Assembly: GCA_013374835.1 (NCBI GenBank)
Contig: CP055307.1
Location: forward strand, 608,963 to 658,767
DNA length: 49,805 nt
Origin: Candidatus Woesebacteria bacterium
GTDB taxonomy: Bacteria > Patescibacteriota > Microgenomatia > UBA8517
Direction: 5' to 3'
The translations under genes were made by a program, and so were the position numbers. Positions 18,871 through 26,680 of this stretch are shown here, piece after piece. Under the pieces are notes generated by a model. It was not told the DNA's origin. It worked only from the letters and a program-made list of their open reading frames with translations, and did no database searches. Position 1 is the stretch's first letter; every line of letters begins with the position of its first letter.

Positions 18871-20160
18871 ATGAATATAAAGGTAAAAGGCAACCAAGTG
18901 CTAAGCGGTGAGATAGTTCCTTCGGGGAGTAAAAATTCCGCAGTTTCTTTAATTTGTTCCTCTATCTTATTTGACAGGCCTGTGGTTTTTGATAATGTGC
19001 CTGATATTACTGATGTAGTACGGCTCATTGAGATACTAAAGGGTATGGGGAGCCGTGTTGATTGGCAAAAAGATAAAAATGTACTAATCATAGACAATGG
19101 TAAGTTAGATTTTGATAGGGTTGGAAAAAAAGAACTTGGTAATATGAGGGGTACTTCGCTTTTATGGGGGCCTATGTTAGCCCGGTTTAAAAGAGTCGAT
19201 TTTGAGGAATTGCCCGGAGGATGTACTTTGGGTGTAAGGCCAGTAAGCCCGCATTATAATGCCTTTCGTGATTTTGGTGTTGTTGTAGAGGAGACCTCGC
19301 GGGGAGTGAAGATGAATGCTTTGTCCGCGTCTTCCAGTGATGTGCTTTTAAGTGAAATGAGTCCTACCGTAACTGAAAATGTTTTGATGCTTGCAACAAG
19401 TTTAAAAGGAAAAAGCCGTATTGTTGGCGCTGCTTCGGAGCCACAAGTTCAAGATTTATGCAATTTTTTGGTAGCTTGTGGGGCGAAAATAAGCGGTATA
19501 GGGTCGAGCATTCTTGAGATTGAGGGGGGCATAAGTTTGAAACCCAAAAGGCACAAACTTTATTCTGATCATTATGAGATAGCGACTTTTCTGGCTTTAG
19601 CAGCTATTTCAGGTGGGGAAATTAAAATCAAAAATGCCATGCCTCAAATTTTGAGGCCAATTTTGTCAACTTTTTCTAAATTTGGGATAGAAGTAGTATC
19701 TGACGGCGAGAATGTGATGATTGAAAAAGGACAAAAGATAAACATTGGAGGGAACGGTTCTCGCGGAACTCTTTTTATAAAAGCACAGCCGTGGCCCGCT
19801 TTGCCTGTTGATACATTACCGCTTTTTATCCCGATTGCATTAGCGGCAGATAGAGGACAGGTTTTGTTTCATAATTGGATGTATGAGTCTGGCCTTTTCT
19901 GGACATCGGAGCTTACTAAATTGGGTGCTAATGTAATTATGGCTGACCCGCATCGTGTAATTGTTAGTGCTGGTAATAAACTTTTTGGTGCTATACTTGA
20001 AGCTCCTTATATAATCCGCGCTGTAGTTGCTATGGTTATGGCTGCAATGATTGCGGAGGGGGAGTCGCTGATATTAAATGCTGATGCCCTTTATCGTGGA
20101 CATCCGCGTTTTGCTGAGAATTTACGAAAACTGGGTGCAAAGATTACAGAAGCTGTGTAA
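18871..20160 (+). CDS. murA: UDP-N-acetylglucosamine 1-carboxyvinyltransferase (divergent)
   Basis: GEIVPSGSKNS, LPGGC.LG.RP, SPTVTEN, EPQVQDLCNFL, D.YE..TF, P.DT, RGH. Confidence 0.88.
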   Translation: MNIKVKGNQVLSGEIVPSGSKNSAVSLICSSILFDRPVVFDNVPDITDVVRLIEILKGMGSRVDWQKDKNVLIIDNGKLDFDRVGKKELGNMRGTSLLWGPMLARFKRVDFEELPGGCTLGVRPVSPHYNAFRDFGVVVEETSRGVKMNALSASSSDVLLSEMSPTVTENVLMLATSLKGKSRIVGAASEPQVQDLCNFLVACGAKISGIGSSILEIEGGISLKPKRHKLYSDHYEIATFLALAAISGGEIKIKNAMPQILRPILSTFSKFGIEVVSDGENVMIEKGQKINIGGNGSRGTLFIKAQPWPALPVDTLPLFIPIALAADRGQVLFHNWMYESGLFWTSELTKLGANVIMADPHRVIVSAGNKLFGAILEAPYIIRAVVAMVMAAMIAEGESLILNADALYRGHPRFAENLRKLGAKITEAV

Positions 20161-20175
20161 TAATTAGATAAATCT

Positions 20176-21219
20176 ATGGAGAATATACTTTCTCTTGGCT
20201 TGGGAATAATAATTTTTTCATTTGTAATTACTAGTATTTTGATTGTTCCTTTTATAGATTTTCTTTACAAAATACATTTAACAAGACGCAAGGAAGGTGG
20301 AAAGAAAAAGGTGCTTTTTGATAAGCTTCATGACAATAAAGCTGGAACGCCAATTGGCGGCGGAGTGCTTTTGATAACACTTGTAACGCTACTTTTTGCT
20401 TTGATATTTCCCTTGATTTCTTATTTGGGAGTTTATATTGAATCGGCTTATGCGTTGAGATGGGAACTTATAGCAATTTTTTTTACATTCATTTCTTTTG
20501 GAGCTCTCGGACTTTTGGACGATATTGTAAAAACATTTGGGAAGCCAAGAAAGGGCACTTTTGGTGCGGTTTTTGGATTGACTAAAATGCAGAAATTTTC
20601 TTTGCAGTTTCTTTTTGCTTTTATAAATTCGTTTATATTATATTCTAAGCTTGGGATTCATATTCTTTATGTTCCAATACTATCGAAAGTTTTTGATTTG
20701 GGTGTTTTCTACATTCCGTTTTCGATGTTTATAATAGTTTTTTTTACAAATGCTTTTAATTTTACGGATGGGCTTGACGGATTGGCTAGCGGCTTGCTTC
20801 TTATTTATTTGTTTTCTTATGTTGTTATTGCGGCTAGTATTTTGGATACACCGCTTTTTGTTTTTATGTCGCTTTGGATAGGCACTATAATAGCATTTTT
20901 GTATTTCAATGTATGGCCTGCTCGGATTTGGCTTGGGGACGCGGGTGCTTTGTCTTTCGGGGCAATGATTGCACTAATCGGTCTTTTGCTGGGAAATGTG
21001 GCAGTTCTTTTTGTAATAGGTGGAATTTTTGTTATTGAGGCTGCTTCTTCTCTTATTCAGATTTTGGGGTGGAAAATATTAAAAAAGCCGATTTTTCCAC
21101 TTGCCCCGATTCACCACAGTTTTCTTGCTATAGGTTGGGAAGAACCAAAAATTGTTGCAAGAGCTTGGCTGTCTGGAATAATGCTTGCAATTTTTGGTTT
21201 ATGGCTTGCTACAATTTAG
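20176..21219 (+). CDS. mraY: Phospho-MurNAc-pentapeptide transferase
   Basis: H..KAGTP.GGG, GLLDD, NAFNFTDGLDGL, FN.WPARIWLGDAG, APIHH.F...GWEEPKIV.R. Confidence 0.92.
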   Translation: MENILSLGLGIIIFSFVITSILIVPFIDFLYKIHLTRRKEGGKKKVLFDKLHDNKAGTPIGGGVLLITLVTLLFALIFPLISYLGVYIESAYALRWELIAIFFTFISFGALGLLDDIVKTFGKPRKGTFGAVFGLTKMQKFSLQFLFAFINSFILYSKLGIHILYVPILSKVFDLGVFYIPFSMFIIVFFTNAFNFTDGLDGLASGLLLIYLFSYVVIAASILDTPLFVFMSLWIGTIIAFLYFNVWPARIWLGDAGALSFGAMIALIGLLLGNVAVLFVIGGIFVIEAASSLIQILGWKILKKPIFPLAPIHHSFLAIGWEEPKIVARAWLSGIMLAIFGLWLATI

Positions 21220-21223
21220 AGAT

Positions 21224-22336
21224 GTGTTTGAAAGACAAAAAAGACTAAAGAAAAAAGGCGGGTTAAAAGTCCTTTCTTTTGATAAACAGCTTTTTTTTAT
21301 TAGTTTGATTTTAACTGCTTTTGGGGTAATAGCCGTTGCTGATGCTTCGTCTGTGCAGAGTATGAGTTTGTTTTCTGACCCTTATTATTTTGCAAAGCAG
21401 CAAATTATGTGGTCTTTGTTAGGTATAGTCGGTCTTTTTTTTGCAGCCGGTGTTCATTTTCTTTTTTGGAAAAAGATTTCTTATTTGGTGTTTTTTTTGA
21501 GTATTGTACTTCTTTTTGCCGTTCTTATACCTGGTGTTGGATCGCGTATTTTGGGAGCAAGAAGATGGATTTATATCGGTCCGCTTGGATTTCAGCCATC
21601 TGAATTTACAAAGCTAGGATTAGCATTTGCGTTCGCAAGAATTATGTCGAGTAAAAATTATAAAAAATGGGTGCCTTTAGCGGTTCTTGGTGCAGTCGGA
21701 TCTTTGATAATGCTTCAGCCAGATTTTGGTACAATGCTTGTTCTTGTTTTAGTAGGTGTTTCACAGCTTTTTGTTGGTGGTTATCCCTTTTTTTATTTGG
21801 TTGGTGTTGGTTTGTTCGGCGCCTTGAGTAGTGCTCTTTTAATTTTTTTTTCAGATTACAGACGTGAGAGACTTATGACTTTCCTTTCGTCTTCTGCTGA
21901 TCCTCTTGGTTCATCATATCATATTAGGCAAATACTTATAGCTTTCGGTTCGGGCGGTCTTTTTGGAGTTGGTCTGGGACAGTCAAGACAAAAGCAGTTA
22001 TTTTTACCTGAAGCAGCTACAGATTCAGTTTTTGCAGTTATTGCCGAAGAAATGGGTTTTTTTGTTGCAGCGTTAATTGTCATCTTCCTTTCTTATTTTG
22101 TGATCAGGCTTTATAAGATTTCTATGAGATGTGAGGACACCTTTGGTCTGTTACTGGGCGTCGGGATTTCTTCGTGGATTGGTGGACAGATGTTTCTTAA
22201 TCTTGCTTCCATGCTTGCTCTTACTCCATTAACTGGAATACCTCTGCCTTTTTTTAGTTACGGCGGGTCAAGTCTTATTATGATACTTTTTTCAGTTGGT
22301 ATACTTTTAAATATATCCAAATATGGCGGGAAATAA
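21224..22336 (+). CDS. ftsW: SEDS family septal glycan polymerase FtsW
   Basis: GARRWI..G...FQPSEFTK, LQPDFGT, G.GLGQSRQK..FLPEAATDSVFA.I.EE, PLTGIPLPFFSYGGSS; in-frame GTG at 21224 taken as start. Confidence 0.9.
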   Translation: MFERQKRLKKKGGLKVLSFDKQLFFISLILTAFGVIAVADASSVQSMSLFSDPYYFAKQQIMWSLLGIVGLFFAAGVHFLFWKKISYLVFFLSIVLLFAVLIPGVGSRILGARRWIYIGPLGFQPSEFTKLGLAFAFARIMSSKNYKKWVPLAVLGAVGSLIMLQPDFGTMLVLVLVGVSQLFVGGYPFFYLVGVGLFGALSSALLIFFSDYRRERLMTFLSSSADPLGSSYHIRQILIAFGSGGLFGVGLGQSRQKQLFLPEAATDSVFAVIAEEMGFFVAALIVIFLSYFVIRLYKISMRCEDTFGLLLGVGISSWIGGQMFLNLASMLALTPLTGIPLPFFSYGGSSLIMILFSVGILLNISKYGGK

Positions 22337-23432
22337 TAAAAACACAGTATTTTTTACCGGGGGACATGGCGGCAGTGCTGCTTATGCCGTTATTGAAAAA
22401 CTGGTTCGAAAAGATATTGATATTCATTGGATAGGTCCTAAATATGCCTATGAAGATAAGAAGTATTTAAGCTTTGAGTTTAGAAGTTTTCCGAAGCTTG
22501 GGGTAACTTGCCATGCCATAAGATCGGGAAGGATTCACAGGAAATTTAGTAAAAATACAGTCATTTCTTTTTTAAAGCTTCCATTTGGATTTTTGGCTGC
22601 TATGAAAATCGTATTTTTTGGTAGGCCTAGGCTTGTCGTTTCTTTTGGAGGTTTCGCTGCTTTTCCTGTGGTTTTTGCGGCGAAGATTATGGGTAGCCGT
22701 ATATTTATCCATGAACAGACGGCCGGAGCGGGCCTTTCAAATAAGTTATCTTCTTTTTTTGCAGATAGAATTTTTCTTGCCAGAAAATCAAGCTTAAAAT
22801 ATTTTCCCCGTAAAAAAAGTGTTTTGGTGGGAAATCCGGTAAGAAGGAGCATTTTAAGTATAAAGCCTAAAACAAAGATTTCTTCCCCTCCTGTTATATT
22901 AGTAACATGCGGATCACGAGGGTCCCAGGTAGTTAATGCTGCTCTTAAGCCTATATTGATGGATATTTTAGAACGTTATAGATTAATACATCAGACGGGA
23001 GATCCTGATTATAAGGAGATTGAATCGATTCGATCTACTTTAGATCCGAAGCTTAGGAAAAGATATAAAATATACCGTTTTTTGGACCCTGATCTTATGG
23101 CGTCTTTTTTAAATGAATCGGATATAGTAGTTTCCAGGGCAGGAGCCAATACAGTTTCTGAGCTAATTATTGCCGAGAGACTTTCTATCTTAATACCGAT
23201 ACCGTGGGTTCAGAGAAATGAACAATTTAAAAACGCAAAGCTTATGACAAAGAGCAAGCTTGGTGTGATTCTTAATCAAGAGGAACTTACATCCGAGTCT
23301 CTTCTCAAAACTATAAATTATCTATTTGAAAATTGGCATAGTATGATTAGTCGTGTTCGAAAGCTTGATTTGGGGGACAGAACTGCTTCGGAAAAAATAA
23401 GCAAAGAAATTTTAAATGCTATCAAAAAATGA
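22323..23432 (+). CDS. murG: Lipid II GlcNAc transferase MurG (divergent N-terminal loop)
   Basis: GGFAA.P, IHEQT..AGLSN, GNPVR, GS.GS, HQTG, SRAGANTVSE, EQ.KNA. Confidence 0.87.
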   Translation: MAGNNKNTVFFTGGHGGSAAYAVIEKLVRKDIDIHWIGPKYAYEDKKYLSFEFRSFPKLGVTCHAIRSGRIHRKFSKNTVISFLKLPFGFLAAMKIVFFGRPRLVVSFGGFAAFPVVFAAKIMGSRIFIHEQTAGAGLSNKLSSFFADRIFLARKSSLKYFPRKKSVLVGNPVRRSILSIKPKTKISSPPVILVTCGSRGSQVVNAALKPILMDILERYRLIHQTGDPDYKEIESIRSTLDPKLRKRYKIYRFLDPDLMASFLNESDIVVSRAGANTVSELIIAERLSILIPIPWVQRNEQFKNAKLMTKSKLGVILNQEELTSESLLKTINYLFENWHSMISRVRKLDLGDRTASEKISKEILNAIKK

Positions 23433-24109
23433 AAAAATATTTATTTTTGCTTTTATTTTTTATTTTATTGCCCTTAATTATACCAAATTTTATAGTGGTT
23501 GGTGAAATCTATTGCGAAGGAGTTACAAGAGAGTGTAGTAATGAGATTTTGGAGATAGTTGAAAAAGCACGGGGAATGCGTTATTTTCGTGCTAAAATTT
23601 TTGTTTCCAAAAAATTTGATTCGTACGACAGGGTGATTTCTTATGGTGTCCGCTTGAAGCTTTTTAATAAAATGATTATAGAGGTTGTGGAGAGGAATCC
23701 TGAAGTGGCTTTGCTTGGTGTTAATGGGAAATACTCTCTTTTTGATAGGCATGGACATCCTGTTGGTGTTTCTCAAAGTGACAATGGCCTTCCCTATGCA
23801 AAACTTTTAAACGGTGAAATAAGCAGGTCTGAAATTTCGGCGCTTTCTGAGATAATATATGTACTTAATCAGAAGTATTCTTTTGTCAGTGGTGAGATTG
23901 ACCACGGAGCGCTTGTTTTTGAGCATAGTGGAAACAAATTTATAATGCCTTTGAGCGATGATGTTGATCTTACTTTGGGCGCTTTTTATTTAATTCTTTC
24001 GTGGTTGAATAGCAATCCAGAAGATCTTAGAATTGGAGTTACAGGTAATTTATCTCAAAGGCTTGAGATTGACATGAGATATAAAAATCCTGTAATAAGA
24101 CGGATATAG
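23429..24109 (+). CDS. ftsQ: Probable FtsQ/DivIB-like protein (divergent)
   Basis: N-terminal TM, POTRA-like segment ending 'IEVVERNP', C-terminal 'IDMRYKNPVIR'; sits between murG and ftsA. Confidence 0.65.
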   Translation: MKKYLFLLLFFILLPLIIPNFIVVGEIYCEGVTRECSNEILEIVEKARGMRYFRAKIFVSKKFDSYDRVISYGVRLKLFNKMIIEVVERNPEVALLGVNGKYSLFDRHGHPVGVSQSDNGLPYAKLLNGEISRSEISALSEIIYVLNQKYSFVSGEIDHGALVFEHSGNKFIMPLSDDVDLTLGAFYLILSWLNSNPEDLRIGVTGNLSQRLEIDMRYKNPVIRRI

Positions 24110-24117
24110 ATTAAAAT

Positions 24118-25392
24118 ATGAATAGTAAAATTGTATCGGCAATTGACATTGGATCTTCAAAGATTACTACACTTATTGCCCAGGTCAACATTGATAGTAC
24201 CGAAGATGCCGGGGTGAATATTATGGGTGTATCAGCTGTTGAGGCTAAAGGAATAAAGAAAGGGCAGATTGTTAATATAGAGGAAGCCGTTGAGGCTACT
24301 ATTGAGTCGGTTGAGGCTTCGGAAAGAATGGCCGGTTATAACTTGGACCATGCCTTTATAAGTATAGGTGGAGCTCATATAGCAAGCCAAAATTCAAAAG
24401 GTGTTGTTGCCGTATCCAATCCTGAAGGTGAAATAAGCCCTGATGATGTGGAAAGAGTAATCGAGGCAGCCAGAGCTATTTCTTTACCTGTTTCAAGGCA
24501 AATCATACATGTTATCCCTAGGGAGTTTATTGTTGATGGTGAGGCTGGAGTTAAAGACCCCATTGGAATGAGCGGTGTGAGGCTTGAGGTGGATACGCAC
24601 ATTGTAACTGCCAGCTCTCCTGCACTTAAAAATTTATCAAGAACGGTTCAGGAAGTGGGAGTGTCTGTTGACGAGGTTGTTTTTAATGGTCTTGCTTCCT
24701 CTTTTTCTTGTTTAACCGATACGGAAAAGGAGCTTGGATGTAGTTTGGTTGATATTGGATCCGGAACTACTTCTATTGTTTCTTTTATAGATGGGGCTTT
24801 ATCTTATTCAGGCGCAATACCCATAGGTGCAAGAAATGTAACAAATGATCTTGCCATAGGGCTTCGCGTTTCCTTGGAAACAGCAGAGAGTGTGAAGAGG
24901 AATTTATCTAAAGAGACTAAGTCGAAAGAAGGTGAAAGAAGAGATGCCCAGATTGAAATAGTAGAGAAGGGAGTTAACGAATTAAAGCGTGTGCAAAAAC
25001 GAACGCTTACAGAAGGAATTATTAAACCGAGGTTAAATGAAATTTTTACAATGGTAAAGCTTGAGCTGGAGAAGAATAATTTAATAAATAAAATTCCTTC
25101 GGGTCTTGTTTTAACAGGCGGAGGTTCGTTAACATATGGCATTGAGGAGTCTGCTAGACGAACAATTGGACTACCTGTTAGGGTTGCAAAACCCGGAGGA
25201 GTTGGTGGGCTTACTGATGATATATTGACACCGGAATATTCTTCTTCAATAGGTTTGATTTTGTACGGGGTTATGGTTGAAAAAACTTATGGTTCTGTTT
25301 CTCAAGGCGGCGGTATAAGTAGCAAGATGAGGGTTCCCAACAAAGCGTTTTTCGGCAGGATTGTCGAGACGATAAAAGAGCTTCTGCCATAA
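24118..25392 (+). CDS. ftsA: Cell division protein FtsA
   Basis: AIDIGSSKI, GIKKGQIVNI, P.GMSGVRLE, LVDIGSGTT, VTNDLA, VLTGGGS. Confidence 0.95.
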   Translation: MNSKIVSAIDIGSSKITTLIAQVNIDSTEDAGVNIMGVSAVEAKGIKKGQIVNIEEAVEATIESVEASERMAGYNLDHAFISIGGAHIASQNSKGVVAVSNPEGEISPDDVERVIEAARAISLPVSRQIIHVIPREFIVDGEAGVKDPIGMSGVRLEVDTHIVTASSPALKNLSRTVQEVGVSVDEVVFNGLASSFSCLTDTEKELGCSLVDIGSGTTSIVSFIDGALSYSGAIPIGARNVTNDLAIGLRVSLETAESVKRNLSKETKSKEGERRDAQIEIVEKGVNELKRVQKRTLTEGIIKPRLNEIFTMVKLELEKNNLINKIPSGLVLTGGGSLTYGIEESARRTIGLPVRVAKPGGVGGLTDDILTPEYSSSIGLILYGVMVEKTYGSVSQGGGISSKMRVPNKAFFGRIVETIKELLP

Positions 25393-25406
25393 TTGATTTA
25401 TATGCT

Positions 25407-25434
25407 TTGACAATTTTTTAACTCCTGCTATACT
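25407..25434 (+). promoter_or_regulatory. sigma70 promoter for ftsZ
   Basis: TTGACA 25407-25412, 16-nt spacer, extended -10 TGcTATACT 25426-25434. Confidence 0.75.
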
Positions 25435-25460
25435 GCGCGTATAAGAATAATTAGGCTAAA

Positions 25461-26633
25461 ATGGCTCTAGTAAAACCAGATTCTTCCAGAATTGCAAAGA
25501 TAAAAGTAATTGGTGTAGGTGGCGGAGGAGGTAATGCAGTAGCTTCTATGGTTGATAGCGAGCAAATATTGGGTGTAGAGTTTATTGCCATTAACACTGA
25601 CGCTCAGGTTCTTCTTGATAATACGGTTCCTACAAAGCTTCAGATTGGTGAGAAATTAACTCGAGGCTTGGGTGTCGGTGGTGATCCCGAGATTGGTTGT
25701 CAGGCTGCCGAGGAGTCTATTGATCGGATAAAGGAACTTCTTGTTGACTCTGATATGGTGTTTGTAACGGCCGGTATGGGTGGTGGTACTGGAACAGGGG
25801 CTGCTCCTGTGATAGCAAGGTCAGCAAGAGAAGTCGGAGCTTTAACTGTGGGAATTGTTACCAAACCGTTTGCTTTTGAGGGAAGTAGAAGAGCAATGCT
25901 TGCAGATGAGGGGGTTGAAAGGCTTAGGGATGAAGTGGATACGTTGATTGTAATTCCCAACCAGCGGTTAATGGACGTTATTGACAGAAAAATGACTTTG
26001 ATTGAAGCTTTTAAAGTTGTAGATAGCGTTTTAAGCCAGGCTGTTGCGGGTATAGCCGAAATTATTACAACTCCGGGACTTGTTAACGTAGATTTTGCCG
26101 ATGTTAAGACTATTATGAAAGATGCAGGTTCGGCTTTACTTGGTATTGGGACTGGAGTTGGAGATAACAGGGCACAAATGGCCGCTAGGGCTGCTATTTC
26201 TTCACCACTTTTGGATCTATCGATAGACGGTGCACGAGGAGTGCTTTTTAATATTACGGGTGGTCCTGATCTTACAATGTTTGAAGTTGATGAAGCGGCC
26301 CGTGCGATTTCGAGCGCTGCGGATCCTGACGCAAATATAATTTTTGGATCAGTAATTAAGGATGATTTTGCCGATCAAGTTAGAATCACTGTAATAGCTA
26401 CAGGATTTGATGAGACCCAAGCTAGAATTGCTAAGATGAGTCGTGTTAGCGAGCCTGTGAAGATAGAAGGTTTGGTGAGTGATACGCCGGGTGATGTTAA
26501 GGGGGAGGAAACGATTGAAGAGGATGAAAAGGAGTCCAAGGAAGAAGTGTCTACCGAACCTGAAGAGGATGAAAAGAAGGATGAATTTGGAGAGGATTTT
26601 GAAGTGCCTGCATTCTTACGAAAAATTCATTAA
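25461..26633 (+). CDS. ftsZ: Cell division protein FtsZ
   Basis: IKVIGVGGGGGNAV, AGMGGGTGTGAAP, NVDFADV, acidic linker, C-terminal FEVPAFLR. Confidence 0.98.
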   Translation: MALVKPDSSRIAKIKVIGVGGGGGNAVASMVDSEQILGVEFIAINTDAQVLLDNTVPTKLQIGEKLTRGLGVGGDPEIGCQAAEESIDRIKELLVDSDMVFVTAGMGGGTGTGAAPVIARSAREVGALTVGIVTKPFAFEGSRRAMLADEGVERLRDEVDTLIVIPNQRLMDVIDRKMTLIEAFKVVDSVLSQAVAGIAEIITTPGLVNVDFADVKTIMKDAGSALLGIGTGVGDNRAQMAARAAISSPLLDLSIDGARGVLFNITGGPDLTMFEVDEAARAISSAADPDANIIFGSVIKDDFADQVRITVIATGFDETQARIAKMSRVSEPVKIEGLVSDTPGDVKGEETIEEDEKESKEEVSTEPEEDEKKDEFGEDFEVPAFLRKIH

Positions 26634-26680
26634 ACAAGATACTTTATACTCTATTCATATTTGTGTAAAATAGCCATATC

